64,000 nt of DNA. Origin: Hemiscyllium ocellatum. Its lineage: Eukaryota. The translations under genes were made by a program, and so were the position numbers. Positions 41,226-53,222 of this stretch are shown one piece after another. The stretch lies in assembly GCF_020745735.1 (NCBI RefSeq), contig NC_083437.1, forward strand, positions 22,816,001 through 22,880,000, written 5' to 3'. Positions within the stretch are counted from its first letter, which is position 1, and each line of letters opens with the position of its first letter. Under the pieces are notes generated by a model that was given only the letters and a program-made list of their open reading frames with translations, did no database searches and was not told the origin of the DNA.

Positions 41226-42042
41226 GTAAGTATTATTGTGTATTTATCAAATGTATATGAATCAATACATGATTTGAGTGACATAATTGAGAAGTGAAGT
41301 CTGGAAGGATAAGGACAAGAGATTTGAGCCATTCACCGGCTGATGTCGAGTGCTTCTTAATATGTAACTTCAGAAAAAAAGCAAAACTGATTTGCCACAT
41401 TCATGGAAAGAATTGACGCTCTTTCTCTTCTAATACCTCTATTAACCATCACTATGCTAAACAGACATTCAACCTAGCTACAGTGCTTGGTCTGTGCTGA
41501 GTTTGCTGTTGTTAGGTTAGTGATAGATGTGTCAGTGCAACTAGTGTTGTACCTTCTGAGCACTGCTAGAAAGCTAATACTGGGTAAGGCAAACATCATA
41601 TTAGGGTTTATTGCTTCTCTACCCTCCCCAAACATCCCACTGTCACCACTTTGTGATTAGTTAGTGTGTAGACCGTCATTGCCTAAATGTAGATGAAGTA
41701 TGGTCATCTGAGGCAATCTGTGACTATGGAATTGTACCCAAATATGGCTCATTTGACACCGTGAATCTTTCCCCACAACCCTGAAATTACTTGAAGTAAT
41801 TATCCAGCTAGTGAATTTGTATCAGAACATGAAGAAAGTAAGTAGGTTTGGAATGCACTGCCTTACTATGCTAAATACAAATTCACTAGTTGGATAATTA
41901 CTTGAAATAATTTCAGGGTTGTGTGGGATGAACTGCTTGACTTTTCAAAGGAGCCAGTGCAGACTCAATAACTGCCTATATTAAACAAAAATGCCAGTTC
42001 TGGAATTTGAGTCAAATCTAATGTTTTTTTTCTTCTGTATAG

Positions 42043-42152
42043 GACGTGTTTGGCCTATTAGTTTTGGTGCAGGAATGGGTATAGGAATGGCCTATGCTAA
42101 CTGCCAGAATGATTTGCAATCTCCATACCTTATGCATGGAAAATTTGTCAAA
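42043..42152 (+). CDS. MICOS10: MIC10 exon 3 ([37 protein letters not shown])
   Basis: Polypyrimidine + TAG acceptor, GTGAGT donor, 110 nt; close match to human [37 protein letters not shown]. Confidence 0.97.
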
Positions 42153-43374
42153 GTGAGTACAGGTATTATATTCTAATTTTCAAAGAGGGTAGTCAATGTC
42201 ACAGGACAGATGCTACCAGGTCATGTATGCGCGAGCTGGAATTGTGATCAAAGGGGATATGACCTTCTAGTCCACCACATCTGTGCCACATACTGGGAGA
42301 AAGTAACCAACACTCCCAACAGTGCTCCCTCAATTTATTTTCCACTGCATGTCATCGACAGAGAAATGAGATAATTACATTAGGGAATCTTGCTGTAGTG
42401 GTTGACTTGCCTACAACATTTGTGCCTCTGATGGCACTTCTGTTTGTGCTATCAGCATTGATCAGCTGCCTTGTTTCTGTTCAAGGATGATCCCTGTAGT
42501 ACACACCATCTCTCCTTTTTGTTTTGTTTGAACGTATGTTTCCTCCGTTTCCCAGGTCCTTCAGGTTTGCATAATATATTTACAGGATGGAACTCCTCAC
42601 TGGTATTGAAAATTGTAGCTGGATAGAACATTATTTGTACAGTTCCCTTTTAGACGAAATGCTATAGTGGAATACCAGAGTTTCTTTCTTAAGAAAGATT
42701 CAGCAAATTTGAAGTGTTATTAATTTTACAAGTTTTCCTCGTAGATGTTGGTTAACTTTTTTAGCTACTTGGTTAAGTGAGGTTGATTAAGCTGTTTCAA
42801 TGCCTGTTTATGACAGGTTTTTAAAAATTGAATAGTTGTTTTTTTTTGCAAATCAACTTTTTATATTCATTCATAGGGTGTGGGCATTGCTGACCAGATC
42901 AGCATTTATTCTCTATCCCTAGTTGTTAAGATGGCAATTAAGAATCAACCACATTATACAGTATTAAAGAATGTGGTTTGTACTTTAAAGTGCAACATTT
43001 GGATCATGTTTGTTTTTATCCAGAGTTGAGGACATTGAGGTTTATAGTAAAGTATAATCTTGCTTTGTGAGGGTGGTTACATGTTAGTTATTTATGATCT
43101 TCAGTTACAACTCCAGTGTAAGATGAGAACTACATTGGACTTCACTATAATGCCTTCTGTAGTAAATATTTGGTCAACAATCTGACAAACAAACTCTTTG
43201 ATGTATGTAAGGGCAGCAAGGCCTTTGAAATTGCAGAGCTTTCTGGTCAGGGAGAGTAATACAACTTTACTTGATAAGCTATAAATGTAACCTGTCCCTT
43301 TTGTTTTGTTTGGTTATAAACCACTAAACTTAAAGTGAACCAAATCTACTGAAATTGAGTTGCTTTCGGTTTAA

Positions 43375-44010
43375 ATGGCGAGTGAGAGTGGAGTTGCACA
43401 GGGTGGTGAAAAGATGTTTGGCACACTTACCTTCATTGGTCAGAACATTGAATGGAGGAGTTGGGGCATCATGTCGCATTTGTACAGGATATTGGTGAGG
43501 CCACTTTTCGAATATTGCGTTCAATTCTGGTCGTCCTTCTATAGAAATAATGTTGTAAAACTTGAGCTAGTGCAGAAAGGATTTAAGGATGATGCTGGGA
43601 CGGGAGGGTTAGAATTATAGAGTGGCTGAATAGGCTGGAGTTTTTCCCCTGGAGCTTCAGTAGCTGAGATGTCATCTTAAAGGTTTAGAAAATAATGAAA
43701 GACATGGATAGTGTGAATAGCCACAGTCTTTTTCTCAGGGTGGCAGAGTTTAAAACAAGAGGGCATAGGTTTAGGGTGAGAGGGGAAAGATTTAAAAAGG
43801 ACCTGAGTGGTAACATGTTCACACAAAGGATGATGCATGTATGGAACAAGCTGCCAAAGAAGTAGTAGAAGCAGGTACAATTAGACATCTGGATAGTTAT
43901 GTGAATAGAAAGGTTTACATGGATATGGGTGGAATGCTGGCAAATGGGCCAAGGTCTAGTTGGCGTGAGGGAATTGGACCGAGAGGTCTGTCTTCATGTG
44001 CTATGACTCA
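43375..44010 (+). mobile_element. CR1 LINE 3' fragment in MICOS10 intron 3
   Basis: FIGQNIEWRSW..LVRPLFEYCVQFWS..LELVQK; 3' tail ctatgactc. Confidence 0.9.
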
Positions 44011-44720
44011 ATGTGTATACAAATAGGAAAGGAAGTTCAGTTGTGTGAAAGAGATACTTGAGCTAAACCTGAGCTTGTATTGTTTATGTGTTAAGAATGT
44101 ACTTTGATTTAAATCAGTCATGTATGGTCAAGATTCAACTAGAAATAGCTTTCACAACCAGTAGAGTACCTCTCAAATTCAACATCTATGAAAATCTTCC
44201 CTGAGCGCCTCTCTTTCTGCTTTACACATGATGAATTTCTCCAACTGATGCTGAAGCTGACTTGTTCCTGGGAATTTGCCAATACAGAGACAGACAAAAT
44301 TGACAGTCTTAAAGGTGCAAAAGAATTCTTTTCCCAGATTCTTTCCCTTGCCATCACCAGTGCCCGCCCAGAGGCTTTGTGCCTTTTGAAGGTCTTCCTC
44401 TACTCTCCGTTTTCTCTCTTGCACTCCCCTCAACTCCTCCAGCACCCTCCCACCCCAAAACACTCCATCTGTCCCACTCTAGCCTCACTCCTCGCCTCTC
44501 ACAACCTCTCATCCTTGCCCCCTCCACCCTGAAGCTGGTGCCCTCATGCAAATATCTGTTTAGTGTCCATCTTTTCTGCTATTTAAGCATACCAGTTTTT
44601 CTTGGGGTGGGGGGTATTGATGTTAATGCAATTTTCTATGTTGCCCTTGTAATAAAATATCACTTAATTAATGGTGCCAAATTCAACTCTAAACTAACTA
44701 TTGAAATTATTTCTTCACAG

Positions 44721-44735
44721 AACCAATCTCCATAG
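44721..44735 (+). CDS. MICOS10: MIC10 terminal exon candidate A (NQSP*), giving 78 aa as in human
   Basis: Branch-like CTAAC at ~44694, ttcttcacAG acceptor, 4 codons + TAG; ATTAAA at 44862-44867. Confidence 0.6.
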   Translation, partial: NQSP

Positions 44736-45167
44736 GATGATTTTCTCAGCCTCAATATTTCATGTACAGTACCGTTTTGTTGTGGATCAATTCTGCCTGT
44801 GTGCAAGTAATAGAAATTCTTATTGCTGTGCTGTATTTAATTTGACTTCTGAAAGTTGTACATTAAAATTGTCATTAACAAAAAGAGCTAATGACTCCTA
44901 TTTATTGTGCGCAGCTTGATCCATTTGTGTATGGAAAGAAGAGTTTAGAATTAAGGACTAACAGATGGATCTGTGGAAAGTCATGTAATATATGGTCACT
45001 GCTGGCTTGAGCAAGTGAGGTAGAATCCTGAAAATAGTCTACTGAATTATCAAATACTTCATTAAACCTGATGGGTATTTATTGGAAGATTCGTATTTGT
45101 CTTGTGGCATTGTTTTGGCTTTGGGAATTTATTTCTAAGGAAATCTTTCCTTTTACTTGTAACACAG

Positions 45168-45209
45168 GAGCTGAGTGAAGGGGCACACGCCCACAGCTGG
45201 AGTCATTAA
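45168..45209 (+). CDS. MICOS10: MIC10 terminal exon candidate B (ELSEGAHAHSWSH*)
   Basis: ctttccttttacttgtaacacAG acceptor, phase 0, starts with GAG like the human last exon; AATAAA at 45407-45412. Confidence 0.45.
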   Translation, partial: ELSEGAHAHSWSH

Positions 45210-47670
45210 AAGAAAGACCAGCTCCTGGTTTCTTGTGAAGCAGGAGCAGTACAAGACACAGCTCTACTCTCCACAAAAGTCTTCCCCCGCCCCCAGAGGG
45301 CATTTTAAATCACTCCTGTGTTTATAGTTAGTCTATAAGCTGTGCTCCTGGTTAGGAATGTTCCCTGTGTGCAATCTTTGGAATCTAGAATCATTATGTA
45401 GCTAACAATAAATTATGGTGTGATAATGTATTGATGTTAAATGCAGTCCAGGCTAGTAGTAAATCAGCTCAATTAATGCTTTTCACTAGAGAGCGAAATT
45501 GCAATGGTTTACTGCCGATTTACTACAGGGAAATTACATAGTCACCTCCATAATAAGTCAGATGTTGACTGTGTTTTTTCAAATAATTCTTGCTGAGTGT
45601 CCTGTCCTCATGCATATAGATTTCACAGACTATAAATTACCAGTATATTAGTAGGTATGATTTGCTGGTTAACACTATTGAAATAAACCCTAGATGACAT
45701 ATTGGCTTAAATTAAATTGTCCAAAGATCGCTTTATCCTGAGATTGTCTTGTAGTTGACATTGTGTAGCTGCTAAAGGAGATGTTCTGCACTTAAAGCAA
45801 GAACTGCTGGAAAGGGAGGAAGGTGAAGCACAAAGGGGTAAAGTATTTTCAGGGTGCATTCTCTTCATCTGTGAGTACATTTTACACCATTGATAATAAA
45901 TAGCTGTGTATTATAATGTTAAAAGATCTTTTCAAGCTAAAGAACTGCTGTTGAAGATCTTCCTGTCTTTCAGAGTCAGTTTCTTCTTGAGATGTGTTGC
46001 AAGAAAGTCTTGTGCTTGTCGGAGCAATGCTGTTGAGTTAACTGGAAACATAGGTCAGCCTGAGGGTCAATTTGAAAATGCCACGTCCCAGAAAATCCTC
46101 TACTGGTTAGGTTTATCATATTGGTAATGATCGCAGAGCTCAAGATTAATATACCTTTTGATAAATTAAACAGATTGCTGAGGGTTATAATCAAATCTGC
46201 TTAAAGCTCCCAGATTCCAATTATTTGCATTGACTCAGCTGTTCTCAATACTGTAGGTACAACAATAGGGTAAAGGAGTGAAAAATAATTGAGCTTACCA
46301 TTACTTATTCCGTGGGCAAAGAGCACATGTTACCAGAAGATTAGTCTGGAATCATAATTGCAATAACGACAATTAAAGTGAAATACCAGGTGGCTATTGT
46401 CACTTATGAAACTGGACCCACAAATTCAAGAAGAGAGGAAAAATTAGCAACAAAATCAATGGTTACTTAGAATTATGACTGAACTCAGTATCTTTTGATT
46501 CTGTCTTAATTTTTGTATGTTAATCCATCTACGATACAATTCCTAGTCAGGTCAACCCATTCCCCTAGAATTTTAAGAAAGCTATAAAATATTTTAAATA
46601 TGAATTTCAAGAGTTAAACAAAGACATTTATGCAACTCTTAGAAAATTCACAGTATTTAAGAGAAATAAATGGTCATTATCCTTTAAGCTGTCATTGGAC
46701 AATGGCTCAGATCCTAGATTTAGCACCATATAGGTGCTCTTGTGGTGTGGTCGTGATGTCCTTTTGAGCCAGGAGACCCAGGTTCAAGTCCCAGTTGCAT
46801 CTTCTGGTTAATCCCATGATTGAATTTTCAGACTTTATAAACTGATTGGGAATAGCATTTTCTCAACTCTACTGATTCCTGACACAGTCAAAAAGTGTGG
46901 CTCTGGAAAAGCACAGCAGGTCAGGCAAGGTAATACTCAAGATTCTTGATTTTTTAATGATCAATTTGAAGTATCTGATTTTTTAAAACCACTAACAAAA
47001 GTACTTTAGTACTGTATTGGGGTTTTATCTTAAGCAAATGAACATTTGAAACTCATTTCATATTTAGCAACCAATAAATGTTTATAGATTTCTACATGAA
47101 TAGCAAACCCAACGTGTGTCATCAGTGAAGAAAAAAATTCATATTTTTAACTAGTCACAATGGCTTGAAGGCATGTGCTATCATCTGTACTGGTGTAAAG
47201 ATATAAATATGTACTTAATTGTACCTTTAGGAATCTCCCAGCTCCTAGTACTGGTGTTTGTTTTCAGAACAACTTTGCTGCTAACCTACCTCCTAATCAG
47301 TGCCTTGTTAAGCATAAGGCAGTTGTAGGGCCCTGGCCACATCCATTGCATGAGAGGACAATGACTTCTAGTAGATGTTGGCCAGTAAGTTGATGTAACA
47401 AAATGTATGCAGAAGAGAACCGGAAATATTCACTTTGCAGTGCCAAAATTCTTGATATATGATTCAATATAGCATCTCAGCAATAACTGATTACTTTCTT
47501 CCAACATTCAAGTAACACTGACAAACCTGAAATATTTTCAGAACATATCCTTGCTCATTGGCATAAGTTTAATAAAAAATAAGGGCTTTCCCATTTAAAA
47601 TCAAAATGAGTAGTTTCTTCCCTCAACGTTTGGAACAATTTTCCACAAAGTAATGGAGGTTGGGTTATTG

Positions 47671-47760
47671 AGTATATTCAGGGTTAGGTAGAGAGATTTC
47701 AGTATATTCAGGGTTAGGTAGAGAGATTTCAGGATATTCAGGGTTAGGTAGAGAGATTTC
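47671..47760. repeat. 30-bp unit x3 inside a CR1 3' remnant
   Basis: ag(t/g)atattcagggttaggtagagagatttc repeated three times. Confidence 0.95.
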
Positions 47761-48559
47761 TTGATGGGGGAGTTGCATGAAAGGGAAGAGGCAGGAAACA
47801 GGAGTTGAGGCCATAATCAAATCAGCTGTGATCCTTGAAGGGCCAAATGACTTAAGCATGTTCCTATTTCTTATGTTCTTAATTTCTTTTCTTCTGAGGG
47901 CTGGGTTGGAACTCCATGAACACTGGCCCAGTAACTTATCTTTTTTTTAAATTTGGGAACCCATTTAATTGTCAGTGGTAGTGGATACATTTTAGTCAGA
48001 ATCTACCCTCATCCAATGTTTGTACGCTTTTTGACTGAGCTGTTTTCAACTGCTGTATACTTTGTTTTATCTAAAATATTTCATGAATAAGACTTCTGTA
48101 TTTTACCAATTGCTCAAATGTCTGTTTCAGTTGCATTATTTGGAGTACAGTGACAGCTGTTACGTGGGGAAAAACATACTTTTTATAAACTTATTACTGT
48201 CTGTGGGTCCTTGCTGTGTTGTCACTATTCAAAACCCTCAAAGATAATCCCTGACCATCTTTGTTTTGTCCTTCAGTAGATTCATCTGCACCCATTGGTT
48301 CAGTTTTCCCACGCATATTGAAGATATTCATCTCCATATCGTCCTCGCATCTCTCGATCCTTTATTCAGCACAGAAGAGGGCTCTGTTTCCGTGTTGTAC
48401 ACCTCTATGACTTACCTGTATGGTGTCACACTTCCTGTCTGGCGGCAACTGAATAACTTCCTCCAGTTCAATGTTAGACGCTTCTTCAATGTCTGTCATC
48501 AATTCCATTCTCTTCACTAACCGTTCTCTCAGGCTGAACCAGACCATTCATAATGTGTC

Positions 48560-48714
48560 GGGAATGTGGTGCTGGAAAAGCACAGCAGGTCAGGCAGCCT
48601 CAGAGGAGGAGGAGAATCAACGTTTCCGGCATAAGCCCTTAATTAGGAATCCTGATGAAGGGCTTATGTCACACTCTCGACTCTGATCTCCAGCATCAGC
48701 AGTCCTCACTTTTT
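48560..48714. mobile_element. Short palindromic Penelope-derived mini-element, internally deleted, with TSD
   Basis: Homologous to 60889-61100; CTGATGAAGGGCTTATG at ~48652; ccattcata at 48544-48552 and 48715-48723. Confidence 0.8.
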
Positions 48715-49899
48715 CCATTCATAGTGTCCTATTCAACCCAGTCTTGAATTTCAGATTCAGCATTTATACATTATTAAGACTGCTTATATTCGCCTTCACT
48801 ACCCATCTCAGCCATTCTACTTCTGAGACCTCTTGTGAGCTCTAGACTTAACGACAATGCACCCATCACAGATCTCCTACCTATAAATTTATCCACATAG
48901 CACTGTCCCACCAGTAATCTCTTGTGTGCACTATACTGTTCTTCCCTGCATTAGGTATTCCTTAATGTATCGCATTTAAACTTCTTGTCCGAAGTAATAT
49001 ATATTTCCATTGTTCCACATCTTTGTAATCTCCTCCAATTCCCCCCCTCCCCCCCCCCCCGGCCGCCGGATCTATTTTCTCTAGTCACAGATTTCTCTGC
49101 ATCCTCGGGGTCTTCCTTTCCCTAAGACCTTCGTAGCAAAGCATTCAATAACTTTTATTGGCAGCACAATCTTTTCACCTGCCACACCTTTTCCTTTGTC
49201 AAAACATCACGATCTATGTATTTGACGAAGCTATTGGTCACTTCTGAGCTCTCACTTTAAACCCAACTTGATTTGTTTATGGTCTGTAGGACGGACATTG
49301 TCTTATGTTAAAGGGATGAGGTAATGGCGAGGTGTTTTGTTAACTATCACTCAGTCTGTGTTTTGGCTTTGGAATGAGAGAACGTTTTCTCTTCAAAATA
49401 GTACAGAGTTTTTAACGTCTCGCCTGTCGGCCAGTCTGTGCATCATAGGGACAACATACCTGACTTTGAAATGTGTGATGGAGGATCCTTGAAGAAGCTT
49501 TAACTCCTGGTTTCGTTCTTTGACAGGAGAATGTAGATGGAGCTTTACTCTGACTCCTACTTTATCTGTCCCTTGATGCTGGAGGGGGAGTGCAGAGGCA
49601 GCCTTTCATATATATCTAACTTCTGCCTTACCTGTTCTGGGGATTCTGCCAGATGACTGAACAAAAACTTATTTTCATTACCCATCACTAACAAGCCGCC
49701 TCTGGTTAAACACAATTTTATTTAAAAAGGAGAAATTTCATATTCTTCGTGGTGCTTTTGCAATGCTAAAGTGTAGCTAATAGACGTGATTGTAACTTTT
49801 TTTTTGTACGAGAACACGTAACAAACCACAGTGGTTGGTAAACAGTGATTCTTCCTGTAAGATCAAGTTCAGAAATGTTAAAACCATTGACGGTTGATT

Positions 49900-51300
49900 T
49901 GTGGCTGCCATCTACACGGAGGCTGCATTTAGGGCGGCGGCAGAGATTAGACCAGGGGCTGATATCAAAGCGATCGGCTGGAGTACACATTCCAACGGCG
50001 AAGATCAGGAGTGCTCCCCGGACCTTGCATTTCCTCCAGAGCACGTCTCCGTTCCTGGCAGATGTAGTTCTCTTAATAAACCGTCCCTCCTTTGACAAAT
50101 CCATTCCGACTGTGCACAGAGTCCTAGAGAAGGAAGGAAGGAGGGAGGGAGGGGAGTGTTATCACGTCAGGCATTGGTAAAAAACCAAGGACTCTCAGCC
50201 TTGTTCCAGCGGCCACAAAGTAACGAGCACCACCCACTGCAAGTAGGTTTGAAGGAACAAGGCCAGATGGGGTGTAGCAGAATGTAACAATATTTTCTAG
50301 TGACATGGCGCTATCAGAGTGCTGAGCCCGTCTTCGATATGTTGACTGTCTAATCCAGAACGACTATGTACTAATCTGCACGGGATCGGTCGGGGGCTTG
50401 GTTCAGGTCATCTGCAAACCAGATTCCAAGGTAAAAGCCTCTTACGTTCCCATATTGCCCGCTTGCTTCTTGTTTTACTCGGCCTCTCTCTTTCCCCCCT
50501 GGCCCCGAGACGGCAGCTGGGGGTGTCAGGGAACCGAGGGTCTCTGCATCTTTCCAGGCACTGGGTCTGCAATCCCTGGCACTTCCCCCCCCCCCCCCCC
50601 CGGTCCCGGTGCTCGGGCCGCTCCCTGCACATTGTTCCTGCGAGGATTCACCCTCTAGTGGCCGGTTCTGGTCCCCCACCCCCCAAAAAAAACCCCGGAG
50701 CGAATTGTCGATCCACGTACATGAGCTCCAAGAACTCTTAATCCGTTTTTTTCTGCTCACATGTCACAGACTTGGCGCTCGCATCTATTGGGGCAGTTCC
50801 AAGGGAGCCACAGCACAACTCTAGAAGAAAGGCGGAAAAAAAAGGCAAGCAAATATTTATTCTGACTGGGTACGGGACGCTGATCGGAGCCATTTCTCGC
50901 TGCAGAGGTCGATGGGCTTCAAAAAAACAAGTGTGCCAGAAGGTAATGGGATGTGGAAAACAAAACAGAAAACTAACGATCGGTTCTCCAGGGAGAAATG
51001 GGTTAGAAATGATTGTGGGCTCTATCAGGATCCAACTCGCGTAGATTCCCCGAGAGGACAGATTTCCCCCTAATAAGTGTTTCAGCCGCAGTTCTAATTC
51101 CTGCCCCGGGGTTTTGAGTTTAGGGTGACCAGCCGAGCGGATTTTAGAGCGAGGTGGTCAGACGGGGAAACTGAAAATGGCTCTTCCTTCCCCGGTTTCT
51201 CGGTGAGAACTTGCTGTTGGATAGCGGTGGGACAGCATCTCCCGCAATGTGCACTAAACCGAGGATCCAGAGAGAGCAGCTCACAGCAAAACCAGGAACT
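49900..51300. promoter_or_regulatory. CpG-rich island downstream of MICOS10 (candidate NBL1/antisense promoter region)
   Basis: CpG density is visibly higher than in the flanks; NBL1 follows MICOS10 in human. No NBL1 coding sequence seen. Confidence 0.4.
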
Positions 51301-52394
51301 TCAACAACGGACAAAAATCCTGGTTGATTTCCCGTTAAATATCTGTTTTACTCTAGTGTTAATTTTGGGAAACAGAATAAAATTAATTCACTTTAAATTT
51401 GACTTCTACATAAAACCCTCTTGTTTTGCAGCTTCCTGTCAGTCTAATTTGCAACAGTACATGTTACATTTCATGTTACATGTTTAAGGTAACATTGTGT
51501 ATATTCAATGTTGCAATCATTCTTTGCCATCTCATGTTTAGATTTGGGAACTGAAGTATGGTCGTTCATTCTGACTGGTGGAACGCTCCTCATTATTTTA
51601 GTGAACAGTTAAAGTAAACCCATTAAAATGGGGGAAATTGATTGTCTAACATTTGGCTTTAAACTTACAAAATTATACCTACAAAACATACATTATCTCA
51701 ACCCAATCCTGGTGAACATGGACCTATAACACAAAATGAAGGGAGGTTGTTATTAACGGGCTACCCGACACGGTTGGCGAGTGTAGGATGCAAGCATCGC
51801 CCCGCCAGTGAGGGTGGGACAGTGGACAGGGCACTTTACTCTGCATCTAGCATACTGTGGTTTACCTGTGGAAGGTGGGCCAGCTTTCCTATGGGAATGC
51901 CTAATGGTACAAGGTCATTTATAGTCACCGTTACTGGCAAGCCTCACATTGGTAAACATATTAGTTCACAACTTTTTGTACAATAATATAAAATGAGAGT
52001 TTACATGTTACGTTTTAATTCGTTCACGAGATGTGGGGACCACTGGCCGAGCCAGCATTTATCGCCCATCCCTGGAGAAGGCGGTGGCGAGATTCCTTCT
52101 GTAACTATTACAGTCCTTGTGGTGTAGGTACACCCAGAGTACTGTTAGGGAGGGAGCCTTTAACCCAGCGACGTTTAAGGAGCAGCGATATATTTCTAAG
52201 TCATGGTGGTGTCTTGAAGGGGAATCTGCAGTGGTGACGTTCCCATGTATCTACTGGCCTCGTCCTTCTGAATGATAGCCGTGTTTGGATGGAGCATGGG
52301 TTGGTTAGTAGAGTGCATCTTGTATGAGGTACATACCGTTGCCCCCCCCTCCCCCGTCTGTCGTTGTCATTGTTTTGTCCTCACTTCCCAAACC

Positions 52395-53222
52395 CATCCA
52401 CCCCCCCAACCGCCCATTCTCCACCCCCTCAACCCCCATCCTTTACTCCCCTCACCCCCATCCTCCACCCCCTCACTCCCCCATCCTCCACCCCCTCACT
52501 TCCCCCATCCTCCACCCCCCTCACTTCCCCCATCCTCCACCCCCCTCACCCCCCATCCTCCACCTCCCACCCCCTCACACCCCCATCCCCCCACCCCCTC
52601 ACACCCCCATCCCCCCACACCCCCATCCCCCACCCCCGATCCCCCCACCCCCTCACACTCCCATCCCCCACCACCTCAACCCCCAATCCCCCATCCCCTC
52701 ACCCCTTCCACTCCACCTCCACCCCTCCACCTCCACCCCTCCACCTCCATCCCTGAAATGTTTTTTTATTTTTAATTTTTTTAACCCCCGCACTACCGCC
52801 TAACTGCGGTAGTGCGTCTCCTCCTCCCCCATCCCCTCCCGTCTCCTCCTCCCCCCACACCCCCTTCCCGTCTCCTCCTCCCACCCCCTTCCGTCTCCTC
52901 CTCCTCCCCATCCCCTCCCGTCTCCTCCTCCCCCCACACAGCCTTCCCGTCTCCTCCCCCCACCCCCTCCCGTCTCCTCCCCCCACCCCCTCCTCCCCCC
53001 ACCCCCACCCCCTCCTCCTCCCCCCACCCCCTCCTCCTCCCCCTACCCCCTCCTCCTCCCCCTCACACCCCTCCCGTCTTCTCCTCCTCCCCACCCCCTC
53101 CCGCCTCCTCCTCCTCCCCCCTCCTCCTCCTCCCCCTCCTCCTCCTCCCCCTCACACCCCTCCCGTCTCCTCCTCCCTCCCCACACCCCCTCCCGCCGCC
53201 TCCTCACCCCCCCCCCCCCCTC
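52395..53222. repeat. C-rich low-complexity tract (G-rich on minus)
   Basis: (ccccatcctccacc)n- and (cccgtctcctcctccc)n-type runs; the Pro-rich and Gly-rich ORFs are artefacts. Confidence 0.9.

Noticed and set aside
41470-41740. Possible ancient LF-SINE-like relics (also ~16180-16320 and ~22620-22800)
   Set aside because: The resemblance is too degraded to support without a profile search.
44139-44551. Overlapping 65-114 aa ORFs in MICOS10 intron 3
   Set aside because: No recognisable family and no consistent splice signals; probably decayed repeat or chance.
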